DNA of 52,162 bases, counting the filler, from Sphacelaria rigidula (Eukaryota): the NCBI GenBank assembly GCA_964200075.2. It is 3 parts of 3 records of this genome, joined end to end, with 100 filler letters (N's around TTAATTAATTAA, not from the genome) between each part and the next. Parts side by side here need not be neighbours in the genome. Positions count along the whole stretch, not along the records: positions 1 to 17,321 come from CAXNAA020001111.1; positions 17,422 to 34,742 come from CAXNAA020001112.1; 1 more part is not named here. One strand, given 5' to 3'. Under the pieces are notes generated by a model. It searched no databases, was not told the origin of the DNA, and saw only the letters and a list, made by a program, of their open reading frames with translations. The position numbers and the translations under genes are program-made. Positions 12,427-25,800 of the stretch are shown piece by piece (position 1 is the stretch's first letter; every line of letters starts with the position of its first letter).

Positions 12427-15400
12427 ATTGTTATTATTCCGTAGATTAGTCCGATCTCTCGAACCCATGGTCACAGACATAGGCTCGTCTTTCCAATAAT
12501 CTCCTACAGGGGGCTCATGTAGTATCGCCTCTCTTGCGTATGTGGGCAATGATCAGCGATGTGTCGTGGATAGATTATTGCTGTGTGATGCTGGGGGAAG
12601 GCGGCTTTGCCTCCTAATAGCCGTTCATACCGTATCATATTGATTTGTTGAGATACAAGAGATCTTTTTCAGGGAATGGGCGAGAGGGCCCCTTGTCCTA
12701 CCGCTGGAGTCATTGGCGGAATGGTTTCAATTCGAGACTCATTTGTTTCTCCTCGGTCTTTCATATATATATTCAACTGTTCCAATGCTCATACGTACTG
12801 TGACCTCGACAGAACGAGGTTGGTAAAAAAGGTACACGGGCTCCTACAAGCAGTTGAAATTCGTGTTTTTGTGTATGTTTCGTGCGTACCTTCTCGCCGA
12901 ACACGTTTCTTTGAACGTTTCTCAGCGTTTTCCCTCCTCTTTTTTTTTTCCGTCCGGTGTTCACCCGGACAGTAAACCAGCGAGCTGATAGAGATGCCCT
13001 TGATTTTGAACCATAGATTCGTGCTGTGTTTGTTATTCTTATCTTATGCAGTCAAGATTCAAGGAACGCGGAAACAAGACAACGAATCGAGCGAAACTCC
13101 CCAAACCGTCTTATCGTCCAGAAATCAATAGCTGTTAACATGCTGTCCAAAAAGCGTCATGGAATGTTTTCCCACTTTTTGTTTTGCTGCGTGAGGCTGT
13201 GGTGTTGGTTCGCTGGCCTGGAGGAAAAATAAGATGCGTGCAGCCATGAGACACTGTACACTACCGCATACTTGGCAAGGCCGAGAACATACCCTGTCAA
13301 GTGCAGCCCCCGAAGATCAAGTCGGTCATGCTCAGCTCCGGTCGATAGGGGTTCAGAAACGTTGAAATCGCATCTCCTGATGTGTTTTTGCCGCGTTTGT
13401 TGTTCCCCAAGGACGGTTCTCATGCAAAGTATATCGATGTTGGTTTTCAGTGAGAAGTCACAGAGACATTTGAAGCAGCTGAGCTGGGCGGTGAACTTTC
13501 TATGCCACCAAGGTCTCCACGTTTAGCCATCACGCAGTCTTGGGAACTGGGGAGTTTTTGTAGAGCCTTCCAAAATCGGGAAACACGGGCTGTCGATTGT
13601 TCTCTCGCTGCGAGGCCCGGTCAAAGCGTGCTCTCTGGAACATGGTTTACCAATGACAGCTAAATGTGCCTCTTACTCGAAACATGAAATTGAGAATGAT
13701 ATCTCAGTGGTAAATATATATAATTGTTTATTAATATGCAGTATTTTTGGAGTAAGCATGCCGGTCGCTCCGGTGGCTCAGTTGATAGCCGCGACACCTT
13801 GTGGCGATTGGGTCGTGGATTCAAATCTCGGAGCGATCTGGCATGTTTTCTCACACCATGCCCAACAGTGGAGAGCGACTATGTCGTGGGTACACAAAAT
13901 TCGACTTCACGGTCGACGAGGGAAAGAGACTGCTAAACCCCTCTCGCGATAAAAAAGAAAGGCAAGCACCGCAGAAGGAAGGTGGTGTTTTAAAAACAAA
14001 TAAGAAAGAAAAAGCGCCTGTGTTGACCTTCCTCCTGTGTGAATGCGGCTGGTGCGTCCATATACACCGAAAGGGGAAGCCCGGCGTCCAGAATAGATGG
14101 GACGACAACACGCAACACCCACAGTGTTCTGAAGGTGCTTGGGACAGGGAATGTACCCTGCGGAGCACTGGGTTCTCATGATATTTTGAGTACCCATCAC
14201 TCCAGGCTCTGCGGAGTATCAGTCGCCGAAGCTAGTGAGAAAATGGTAGTGTCTGGAGTATCGACAGATGAAAAATCGGTATTTTGTACCGTACCCTACC
14301 TCAAGCACCTTTTGCAGTATTCCCATATCACGCGTTGACCTATATACAGAAGCGAAATCTTCCCTCTTGTTCCTTGCAGAATATATATCGCCTTCAATCT
14401 GTTGCCTTGATCACTTTTTCTGGGGCATGGGGGGCAATGGGGAGGAATCGTAACTGCATCTTCTGTAGATACTTCAACGCTGCGTGCATTCCTTCATAAC
14501 AGGCGTTTTTCATATGTACTTTGTCGGCTGCACAAGCCAGGCGTGTATCTCTTCTGCTGCGCTTGTCTCCCCCTTATATCCACGCATGTTCGTATTAAAC
14601 ACATCTTGAATTGACAGGTTCGGTCTATGGTGGTTCGGTGTCCCCAGCTGCTACTCAACGACGTCCGAAACGTGGTGGTACCCTCGCTGCAGTACATGCT
14701 ACGGTGCACACAAGATCACCGCGATCTCGGTCGGAGGCTGTTCAGAGATCCTACCTTGCTCTTGGTGAGCACCTGATATTGTAGGATAAACATGTCTGCT
14801 AACGTCGAAGAAATGATTGAAAGGACGTTGATTGATTGATTCTTGTGTAGTTGGTTTGGCTGTGCTGGTGGTTGTTTACTGTCCTTTTTGTTCTTTACGG
14901 GGGGGGGGGGGGGGGGGGGGGGGTGGGGGGGTTTTGAAAGCGTGGGGATTATGCTTTTTTTTTTCCCCCCTCNNNNNNNNNNGGTGTTTTCTTTTTCTTT
15001 TTTTTTTTTAGTTTGTGGTTTGCTTTTGTGGGGGGGGGGGGGGGGGGGGGGGGTGTGTACTGATGATCTTGCATGCCATGGTCATATGACCATTGAACTC
15101 GCATCCCTACAAAGCCGGGACAGAGCACGCCGGGTTTTCGCCAGACCAGGCTCGAGGGAGGGGTGTTCTCATGATTATGCATGCCATAGTCATAAGACCA
15201 TTGACCTCGCATCCCTACAATGCTCGAGGGAGGGGGGGGGGGGATGGAGTGTTGAGCTGGTGATGAAATGTTGGGTGTATGTCGTTGTTTCTATCCCATT
15301 TCCTTGAAAAAGAAGTGAGAAATACAGCTGGCGGATGTTGTGTACTGTAGGATACAGGTACCGAGGAACCTCAGGAACGTCTACATGCATCATTGTTTGG

Positions 15401-16583
15401 TACTATGCACTGTGATGTTAAGCGGTGGCTGCTGCTCGCGTCACGATTCGAGCACCTTCAGCGTCAGGTGTGCCACACTGAAGGAGAGGAAGAGGAGGGG
15501 ATAGGTGGGGTTATCAGGCGTGGAAGGACAAGGCCTCGTGTGCGATCAGCAGACTCCAACCTTTTCAGCGCAAAGTCAGCGTAGTTTTGAGCTGTGGTGC
15601 ATTCATGGTTTTCTGTTGTTTTTCACTTGAGTACTCACGTGTAGACACATGATGATTCTATTGCCAAATGCAGGTTCCCGATTAAAATATCTGTTTCTAC
15701 TTGCAAGGAGTGCTACAAAAGTTTGGATATATATTTTTAGCAGATCTTATCACGCTTACTGTGTAGTTTTTGTGGATCTGCACTGCGAGATAATTCGTAC
15801 GTTGAATTCAAGTAAAAAATAGATCGCATCGATATAATATGACTAAAAAGGACATCTTCCGAAGCCCAAGGACAAATTTGGAAGATGTTCACGATTTGCT
15901 TCCATTTTTTGTCTTCGCTGTGACATCAGACATTCCCGTTCCTTTCACATTTCATGTTTCTGCCTGACTACACTACCGCCGAGGGAAACCTAACATTTCT
16001 GATCCGCGAATAACATAACCTATCTCCGTTGTGAAAATGAAACATGGCAGGTGGGCATGGCCCCGTTAGCCCGTCTGCAGTACACGCTGGAGCAGTACCG
16101 CAACGGAACGGTCGTCATTCCTGAAGATAGACCCAGCATCATCCTCACCACATCGCCGTCTGCGATTGACGAGAAATCTTCCGACAAATCTACTCTGAAC
16201 GGTACTCTGGATGCATATGACGCCAATGGTGTAAGCGAGGGCGCTCATTGCAGCTCAGACATGATTGCTGCGAGCGCGGGTTTTGAAGAGGAGGATGGTG
16301 TGACGGGAATTCCGACGATTGGGGAGGAGGGCTGGAATGTCGAAGAAGATCAGACGCGCTTGCTACCGCCCGTGGTTGTGCCACAGGTGAATAATACGTA
16401 CATGGTACATGTCATCTTCCATCTGTTTACAGTCAGTTAAGCCGGCGAGTGCGATTTCTAATCCAATCAAAATGTGTTTCCATGTCCCATGAATTTTCAA
16501 ACTGGATCGAAGTTCGAATCGGCGCACTATACATGAACCAGACGAAATGGTTTCGGATGGAAGAAAAGCTTTGCTTGGAGTAA
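10591..16583 (+). CDS. mTERF-like helical-repeat protein B, multi-exon (5' exons uncertain, candidates at 8002-8300)
   Basis: All phase-0 exons: 10591-10707 (VRKLATGQRLKKFRQLLPGLNTDRLFTDYPNVLMLDLKK), 11960-12139 (VEERAVGLRELLAGGDVSSAVSAVPQLLLNDVQTCLRPRM...), 14618-14764 (VRSMVVRCPQLLLNDVRNVVVPSLQYML...LFRDPTLLL), 16051-16386 (VGMAPLARLQYTLE...) and a probable last exon 16437-16583 (stop). The PQLLLNDV repeat occurs twice. Confidence 0.7.
12266..12438. repeat. compound (ATG)n/(ATT)n/(TTG)n microsatellite
   Basis: Directly visible and intronic. It accounts for the poly-M/I/L/N ORFs. Confidence 0.95.
13764..14121 (+). mobile_element. tRNA-derived SINE, near full length (family S1)
   Basis: A-box TGGCTCAGTTG (13774-13784) and B-box GGATTCAAATC (13817-13827). 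GTCGCTCCG/CGGAGCGAT pair like an acceptor stem. The body GCAAGCACCGCAGAAGGAAGGTGG...GTCCAGAATAGATGGG is shared with 33020-33188 and 37374-37592, and the tail is CA-rich. Confidence 0.8.
15050..15243. repeat. two tandem about 108-bp copies of a poly-G-flanked repeat (family G1)
   Basis: GCATGCCATRGTCATAWGACCATTGAMCTCGCATCCCTACAA at 15071 and 15179. Inverted relatives at 17191-17270 and 25706-25790. Confidence 0.75.
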
Positions 16584-17321
16584 AGAGCACAGGAAGCGAG
16601 CGCACTCCCAATTGCAACTCCCACATACAGAACGGGGAGCTGCAGCTATAGCGTGTTCATGGCTGAGCTCTACAGCGACGGATAACGTCAACCAAGTCAT
16701 ACAGAGAGCAACACAACAGTAGATTACCACCGCGTGTACTGTGGCTCTTGCTGATCCGACACACCATTGCAACCACTCCCCTCTTGCTTTAGGGATTTTT
16801 TAGATTTGAAGGCGACAACCGGCTGTTCGTGCTACGGTGCACTGCGCTGCACGGACCGTTATCACGCAGCAGCACACGTACAGCAACACAGCAGCACTGA
16901 AATAGGGGCATTAATAACACGACGGTGATGTCCGCAGTTCCATCTCGCACTCTCAAAGCTGTCCACCCCGCTTTCGGGTAAAAAAGCCGACAACAAAGGG
17001 CTGACTGGGTGGTGCCAGCGCTTCGTGAGATAGTTTGCGAATTGTTTAGGCCGAGTTCACATCAAGGCGGCGTGCTTACACAGATCTGCATTTTCTTTTC
17101 TTCTCCATGTATGGAACAAAAGTAATGAGCGCCGGAATGTTGAAGGTGTCTCTATTAAGAGTCGGAACGGTGCTCCGTCTCGAAAGGGATGCGTGGTCAA
17201 TGATGAAATGACTGGGGCAAACATCAAGTGAGTATGCCCTCCCCCCCCCCCCCCCCCCCCCCCCCCCCCGTGCACACCCCCCCCCCGCCCGCCCCCCCCC
17301 CCCCCCCCGCCGCGCACCTGC

Positions 17322-17421
17322 NNNNNNNNNNNNNNNNNNNNNNNNNNNNNNNNNNNNNNNNNNNNTTAATTAATTAANNNNNNNNNNNNNNNNNNNNNNN
17401 NNNNNNNNNNNNNNNNNNNNN
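17322..17421. other. artificial assembly spacer (44N-TTAATTAATTAA-44N)
   Basis: Exactly 100 bp, with an all-frame stop linker at the centre. An identical spacer is at 34743-34842. Confidence 0.97.
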
Positions 17422-19833
17422 CGAAATTTCGAGCAACAAATGCCCCAAAATACCCCCACCCCTATCGTACGATGGCTCATCAGTTGATTCCCTATAACTT
17501 GTCAATCATCAATTAATAATATCAATCTGGCCTATTTTATAATCATCTTCCTCCATCCATCCACCACCTCGCCTCCCCTACGAAAGCTCCCCTCCCCCTC
17601 CCCCCCCATCCGTTTAGAATGGTCCAAGAGATAAAAACACATCAATCTATTGGTCTCCCCTGTCTTTGAGCGTGACCTTTAATTGGCCAAAAGTTTACCG
17701 ATTATGGCTACCTGTGTACCCTTCCGTGGACATCGCACGAGTATACCCCAACTACATTCACACGGACTCCACTGTTCCTTCAAGTGGCCAGGCGCAACAA
17801 TTTGCTTTTCTTTTCTGGCCATCGCTCAGAAAGAAGACGGTAGAGTTTTTCGTAACCCAGAAAATACCAAGCTCGCACAGTACAGCGACAGAACAGCGCT
17901 ACTGGAGTGTCAAATTTTGCACAAGACTGTACAGTTTCCCGAGCTTCCTCCGTCCTCATGCCGGCAAGAAACACGATTCTCATGGGTGGGGGGGGGGCAG
18001 CTTCTACTATCATGATGAGTGTCAACGGTTGCTGCAAGCGTACGAACGTTTCAGGAACAGGAGCTTGTTACGACAGATGAACCTGTTGTGGAGGCTAGTG
18101 TTCGAGTTTGCGTGGCAAACTTATGAAAATATGTGGGGGGGAAATGCCAGTGTATACGTTCAAGAGGACCCCTCACACTCAGCTGCGGTCAAGCATATAG
18201 AGATTCAGTACGGAGAACTCTCATGTCCGTAGTAGTTACGTAGCGCTGGTCGGGTGAGGTCCTTGTTTTTCTAGCGTGCTGGCAACACTGCTTGACTCTT
18301 GTACCACTCGGACCCCTGGTTGGGCGCTGAACGGACGGGATTCATGGGGACGGAGAATAATCGGTGTTGCTCGTATAGAGACAACGCCTACATTGCAAAG
18401 TTCATCGCCATGTGTATGCCTCAAGTCGTTTGGCAGCTATTCGCGTATGGGCCGCGAATAGCGGCTTTTGCTATCATAGTGCACCAACAGGACAGTTAGT
18501 GATTTCTCGACCATTACACGTGGTCATGCATGTACGAACCGTCACCACGTACAGTATCAGCACACACAACAGGATGATATGTGCAAAACAAACGTGTCCT
18601 CTAATTTCCCAAAAATGGCAGAAGATATGTTGCCGGACGCTCACAGTCTGAACAAAGTTATGCGTTACTCGTGCCACCCACTCATCTCCATTTACCACTC
18701 ATTTCAAGCCTACAAAAAACACCATTCAAGGACTCGCGGGACTGTGGGCAAGTTCATCTCGTGACGAAGCCCATGGGCGTTGGAAACGTTCACCAATGGC
18801 GCACAAGACGCCATATCTATTTGCAAACTAGACCTCCTTTCGGAACAATATCACTGATTGACCCTCAACGGTAGCCCCGGTACTACATACAGCAGAACAC
18901 TTCTTCCCCGTGTGCCACCACCCCCACCGATCACATGCCTGATATTCTCTGATCTCCAAGCTCTGACCCACGTATTATTAAAGCCGGATGCAGCTGCTTT
19001 GCACATTCCCCAGTGGTTTAGCTTCGATTCGTTCGAGGTGGTCTAGCGCCCAAGGGGCCAAGAACGTGTTGAATCCTGAACGGTGAAGTCCGCTGTCATT
19101 ATACACTATGGTCAAAAATACAAATACCAGGGGAGTTCCGGCGTATGAGGGAATCCGTCGAGATTGGCAGTAGGTAGGTCGGTGCTCACGTGCCACCCTG
19201 GACTTTACACGCCAGTAGACTAATTCTGTCACGAAGCTCCTTGATTTCAGCATGACTCCTGGGTTCCCTTCGAACCTTGTGCGATGACCCTTTGTTGTAA
19301 GCTCCAACCCACGCGAACCAAAAATTCCCACACGTTTCAAACTCAACACTAAACTGTCATCTTGCAACCGTACTTTTGAGTGCGACCCCCTCCCCCCCCT
19401 CCCCCCCCATTCAAATATACTCGCAAACTCGGGCAGGCGTCACAATATAATTCCAACCTCCAGACCAAGGGAACTCTCCTCGAGTGAGTGAATGCGGCAA
19501 TGTAATGTGAACCACGTCAGTCGAGCACTCACGCCGTGAAAACTAAAGGCAGAGTGCGGTAGCTAGATCATTATGAGGCGGCAAGCATGATCGCCACCAG
19601 GGAGTATGAAAGCACGCGCGTTGTGCATTCGGGGGACATTTCATACTGGGACTTGCCAGAACACGTAACTCCCGTAACCCGCGCAATCAGCACAATCCCA
19701 AAGCTAACACACGCAATAGAGCAGCTGCACACCGTCACGTAAATACCTACTTTTGCATACGGCAACAATACTGTAGTACACACAGCATGGCGCAAGGTTT
19801 GCGAATGGCACCGCAGTCGTTACGCCGCTCCAG

Positions 19834-22800
19834 TCACCCTAGGAACTTGACCCCATCTTCTTCCGAGGTTGCTCCTTGGAATATCACCGCTCGCCCTTGC
19901 TTTTCCAACGCTGCAAGGGCCTTCCGAAACAAGCCTTCATCCATGCCATAAAAGTCCTGCAGTCACCGATAGAAAGATGCACTCATCACGCATATACGTA
20001 TCTTCCTCACCCACTGGACAAAATGTCTTGCCACACGCTATGTGCTCAGTGCCGTGTGCTGAACTGGCTGGGGGCATGGTGTCTGTAATCTGCTGATCCT
20101 GTCTTTCGCCCTTTGCGTAATCGTCCGGATTCTGGCTACAAACACGCCAGTGTTAGCTCATATGGGTCCAGGTGTGCTTTAACTACGACGGTAATTAATT
20201 CAAAGCCAGGACAAGAAACGCAACCTTCGCGGCCACGACGATTTTGGGAACGGTGAATGGTGATAACATCCCCGTACTGAAATTTGAGCTAGAACTCGCT
20301 GGAGATTATAAGTTGATACGCGTACTAGAACTCACTGCCTCGGATCCATACGCGTACTATAATTCTTCAGCTGACCGGCCTGGTGCAGATAATCATGATA
20401 TATAGTAAAGAGAGCGATTGACGGTTTGCGATAAAAACTGGGTATAACAGCGTTTTCGTGAGATTGGGAGTAGAGTGCTGATTGAGAGTGGCTTTGGTCA
20501 TTCGCTTTGACTCAGCTATGTTTTTATTCCGTGTGTGCTTTTCTTTGCCTCCATCACTACCGTGTGCTTCCAGCTACATGTCGACATCCTACTCAGGGAT
20601 ATCAAGGGCCTCAGTGGCAAGCTACTACAGAAAGCATATGGGGCCTCGTGGAGGGGCATTTCGGATCTGAAACGCTTCATTCATTAATTGACCGCTTTTC
20701 ACTCTCAATCGTATCCTCTACTTTCAATATCACGAAAACATTGTTGTATATGATTAATTGATTGATGATTGACTGATCGATTGTCGTACTTTGACTGACC
20801 ACCCATGGGTCCAACCGTGGTCTATGAACAAAATAGTTTCTATACAGTACTTGAGCACGCCAGCTCGTCGAAGTTTCAGCGTTGCCACAAAAACAACCAC
20901 GACAATACAAAAAGTGCGTCATAATTTGGTACATTGGGTAACGTTCCCGGGGCCCGGCCGTCGTGAACTACCAGAGTTCTCAGCCCTCACCGTTCCCAAA
21001 ACATCATCGCCCTGGTGCAACTCGTACACCGTGAATACGCTGCCCACCATGTCGTGCTTTCGCACGAAATCGTAGAGCTTTGCTGCAATTTCTTCCGCGC
21101 TGTGCCACATGAGGGTCACCATCGATTTCCCCGCATCATTCCACTCTGCATGGCCTGTTCGAACTAGCTCGTCCACCACTGCTCCCGCACCGTCGCTTCC
21201 CAGCTTTCGTCCAATTGTCTGGTTTTCCCACAACGGCCAATCTTTCCACGCAAACACGTACTCTCTTCGTGCGTGATGCCATCGTAGAACCATGTCACAC
21301 CACAGTCTCAGCTGTTTCTCTCTGCGACAAGAAATGCAATGTGGGATTCACGTGTCAATGCAACGAATGTTGGACGCTGGCTTCGAGCAAGTGTCGCATG
21401 AAGGAGCCAGCGTACATCTGAAGAAAGTAACAATGTTGTTAATGTTGCGTATTGCATACAGATCCGGCCCCGTTGCGAGAGCCCGGAACTTTGGTCCAAT
21501 TGTCAAACATAATTTGGGGGAACTACAACCATGTGAATGAGCACGCGAATCAGGTTCAACCTCCCCAGAACTACCTTCACTGAAATTGGTAATACCAACT
21601 ATTCGATATTTGCCAAGAAAGTCCTTCGACGCCACACACGTTAATTTTGTTTTTCAAATCCAGATTGCTACTACCATCCCAGAGTTGAAACGTCAAACCG
21701 GAGTCGCCCACAACGATAGGTCGAAGTAGATGTAAGGTGAATGTGATATTTGCGTTCAGATATACACTGGCTATCAACACCAGGTTGGAGTTACCGAGTG
21801 CTGCTAAAGGGTGGGCCCGGGAGGCCGGCCACACCGCCAGACAACTGCAGCAAGCGGGTCATGGGCACAAGTTGATGGTGGAAGCTCACCAGCAGAGGGT
21901 ACAGTACCCATCTATAATAGTGCATTCGAGGTCATCTGCAACAGCGTCCGAGCGCTGGTAGTGAACCATAGTACTCGAAATCTAACCTACTTAGATGTTT
22001 TCATAGGCACATCAAGGCGGCAGGCCAACGGTGACGCGGACGGCCACGTTCGTCTGCGTTGGTGGTGCTATCAGCGCGGGTATGAATATTTCCATCAGAC
22101 TCAACCGCCGCGTCCGTGCTGCGGGGGGATGACTCCGAAAGTGTAGTTTCCAACTCTACGATCGGCCCAACGGTCGGCTGACTCCGGAAATCCGACCGCA
22201 TGAAGCAGAGGTGATGGAAGCTATGCTGTATGTATGTGTCACATGGACGCCACGTGTCGAGGACTTGAAGAGTGTGCGCGCTGCCCACCACCAGCTTTTA
22301 CTGCGAGGGGTTGACTTCCTACAAGACTCCTTCGTACAGATATGTGTTCGAGATGACGAACTGCGAACGTATTTAGACGACCATCTGCAAGGATCAAACT
22401 CTGGTTCTTGGGAACTCTCTTGTCCCGCTGGACGAAACACGTCTTCCAAGGTGCATCATCTTCGGATGTTTAGCCGCACGAGGGTCCAAGGAGGCTGGCC
22501 GCCCCCCAAACACTGGGGGGACCGTCCCCAGAAGAACTTACGTGCACTCGGGACTTCCGCGCAAAGGAGCACGACAGGAGTGGTTCGTCCACGATGCGGA
22601 GATCAAAGAAGCACACGATTGGGTCAGTGCGGCGAAGAACAAGGGCAAATGACATCTTGGAGTCGAGAAGAGGGCGGAATAACTCGAGCAGGCATGGCGA
22701 CGCGAATGCAAAAGTCAATCGGACGTTCACCAAAAACGAGAGACTACTGAATCGATAGACGCCGATCGGAGCGCCGCCACCGCTGGCACAATAGCAATTG

Positions 22801-25800
22801 CTCAGAAGGAATCTACGATGGAAATGGCCCAGAAAGTTTCCCACTTCATACTCGACGAAAGATGTGTGGGGAAGCTGAGTTAACACGAAAACTAGTGAAA
22901 CCCTGTGATGTCTTATCGGTTGTTGCCTTGGATTTCACCACTTTCGTAGTTTCCTTTTCCCACGTTCTCTCGTTCCTCTCCCCGTCTCTCTGTCTTGCTC
23001 GCTCGCTGCTTCTTTCCTCTCAGTACTATACAAGCAGCATTTTGGTAGCTGGCTTCCATGGCGCTCGTGGATGAGAGGTTAGATCTGAAAACGAATGCCG
23101 AAATAGCTGAGCCACAATCTGCTCTCACGGTCTTATTTCATGTACAGGCGCATCCACTCCTTTTCTTTGCGCATGGCCTTTCCCGCCTCAAGCAATGCTA
23201 GAGAGGCCGGACATTTCTAGTTTTATTTCATTCATATATATATATATATATATATCATATATATATATATATATATATCCTCTCAGCTCTTCTCCGTCCC
23301 TTTTTTTGTTCCCGTGTGTGATCTGTTCACTCCTGTCTACTAGATTCAACTTTATCCCATTTGCTCTTGTCCCCTTTCTCTATTTTCTTTTTTTTGTGAG
23401 TATCCTTCGTTTTGCTCACCTTGGATGTGTATCATGTGGATAATGCCCATAGCTGGGTCCCTCGGGGACCAGTTGATGTGCGACAATCAATGAATAGGTC
23501 CTAGACATATATGGTATATCTACACTCGCCTTCTACAGTATATCCAACTTCTCGAGGCGGCCGAGCGCGGAGACGATGCCACCGCAGAGCACAGAAACGC
23601 TGAGTTTTTTCCCCGATGGTTATGTATGATTTTTTTCTCTTCCTTTTTTTTCTCAGAGCGTGTTTCAGTTTCGTTTTTCTTGAGTAGGTATATCATGAGA
23701 CCACGGCTGGACTCCTGGGGGGTCACTTAAAGTGCGACAATCAATCAATCAATCAATCAATCAAGCAATATAAAATGCTGCGTCTCTTCCGAAAACAGTG
23801 CATTCTGAGAAATAGTTGTTTTCCCCCGATGTTCTCGGAAATTTGGCATCCTATCAGAAAAAGGGCGGCGTCCAGAAGGAGGGAAACATACATTTCACAA
23901 TGGTCAACGGGATTTTTTCAAAGCGCAAAAATATCTGGAATCAACTTCCTTTGTTTTTACCAAAGCGGATGCTACTCCCTTCCTTCACGTGTACGGCAAG
24001 AAACGGGGGCAAACAAGCGGGATGGTACTCTGAACAACTGCTAAGTTTTGGCATGTGAACCAGAGCTATCCTTTACCCTGGAGTGGCTCAAAACGAACAA
24101 GTACACTTTCATGTCTCTGCTTTCCTTGGGCGCCACGCTTTTCCTGGCCACAATTCGTCGATTCTGGCTTCCATTCCATCATTTTGTAACCAATATTGTA
24201 CTTTTTAATGTCTACTGTTGGTATGGCTGATCTCCTTTCAGCCCGTTCAGCATGAATGATCATCGTCACCAAATAGTATTTGTCGCGTTGATGTGTCATC
24301 GACGAAAGACAGAAATACTGAATATTTCAAAACAGCATCCCTTGACGTGTGTGTGCCTCAACAACTCCACCCCAAAAACACAGACAAAGCCCAGTACCAC
24401 CACCAACAGGCATGAAATCAGCATCAACAAACATAAAAGCACAGCAATGAGTAGCAGTGCGGCGTAGAGATATCGCATAGCATACCAACAGTTCCAGCTT
24501 TTGCTTTTGCAACCAAACCTGCCGCTGTGATGGAACGGTCGCGGTGTGCCCGTTATGCAAATTTACGAAAGTGCAAGTGCAATTCCTGCAGCGCCGATGT
24601 TTCTATGCTGTTTCAGAAACTTTCCAGATGAGCATCAACTCAACGCAAACTATAAAACCAAAGCAAAGGATGTAAACAAGAAATGCTGGAAGTAGGAACG
24701 CCCTATTATACCCGTATCTTCTCAATACTGTTTTTTTACGCTAGAAGGGTGGAACTACATATGTAGTACGTAGCTCGCAAGAAAAAAATCGTCTGCGTGT
24801 CCGTTCTAGTGTCAGGTAGTACAGTCATCACAACAACATAGCTGGTAAGTGGTGAAACGACTCTATCCATCGGAAGGCCACAGAACGCACACAGACATGG
24901 GCGACGCGTATGCGCGCCAGAAAAGTACTAATTGCAAAGCTGGCGCAGAATGATCAAGCAGCAAGAATGGTCACGCTTCGACCTCGACGCTGCGCATGCA
25001 CTCCATGGCATACTAGATATTTTTTACAGTACAGTCGTGACCACCGACTCAGTCAGAAACGACGTCATGGCCGCGCACAACGCATAATCACCATCATCGA
25101 CAATTGATGCAGCGCCGCAACAAGGCCAGCAGTACAGTCGCTGCAACGCCCTAAACCGATCACAATGTACATGAACACATCTGAGGCGTCGCGAAAAAGC
25201 ACGCTGCGCACAGTTTGACGAAGAAATCAATCAATTGTTAGACACTGGAGGTGTGAGGTGCGAAGCTGTCCCTGTCATCAGCCTACAGTACAGGCGATAC
25301 AGTAACCCACTGTCGATTGCAATCGTCAACCCCTTGGGGACGAGGTGCCACAGATCGACCCAAGACCACCTACTGGAAATGCGTGAAAACAGCTGCATTG
25401 CCATCAGCCATATTCTCATCTTCCATGGTCAAGGGTTGGAGACAACAGATGACACGGTATAACATCATTGGAAGGGGTGGTCGCGAACAGAGGACCCGCT
25501 CAACTATGAAGGCTGGTCCCATCACTTGAGATAAGAAAGTGTCACCGGGGCACATAGTGTATATAAAAGAAGCTAAAAATAGCACAACAAGCAGGACCCC
25601 TGCATTCATCAAGTACTCCGGAGTAAGGAGGTGCACTTGTTGCTCAGCTATTCGCGTAGCTAGAAGGTTTTCATGCCAATTTCGTGATGAAGTGGACAAG
25701 TTTCACCCCCCCCTCCCCCCCCCCTCCCGCCCATGGTCAATGGTCAAATGACTAAGGCAAGCAACAAATGAGTACGCCCCCCCCCTCCCGCCCGAACGTG

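Noticed and set aside
11945..12549. 184-aa and 164-aa ORFs with poly-M/I/L/N
   Set aside because: Read-through of one real exon into an intronic microsatellite, and the antisense reading of the same region.
13764..13837. functional tRNA gene
   Set aside because: A and B boxes are present but the anticodon and T arms are degenerate, and it is fused to a repeated body, so it is a SINE head.
17666..18232. 188-aa ORF
   Set aside because: No recognisable motif, non-ATG start and a contig-edge position. It is possibly TE-derived but unsupported.
21814..21910. segment ending PPFSSTR as the VPS25 first exon
   Set aside because: It is phase-compatible but lacks the conserved FPPFFTLQP motif, which is found at 32810-32731.
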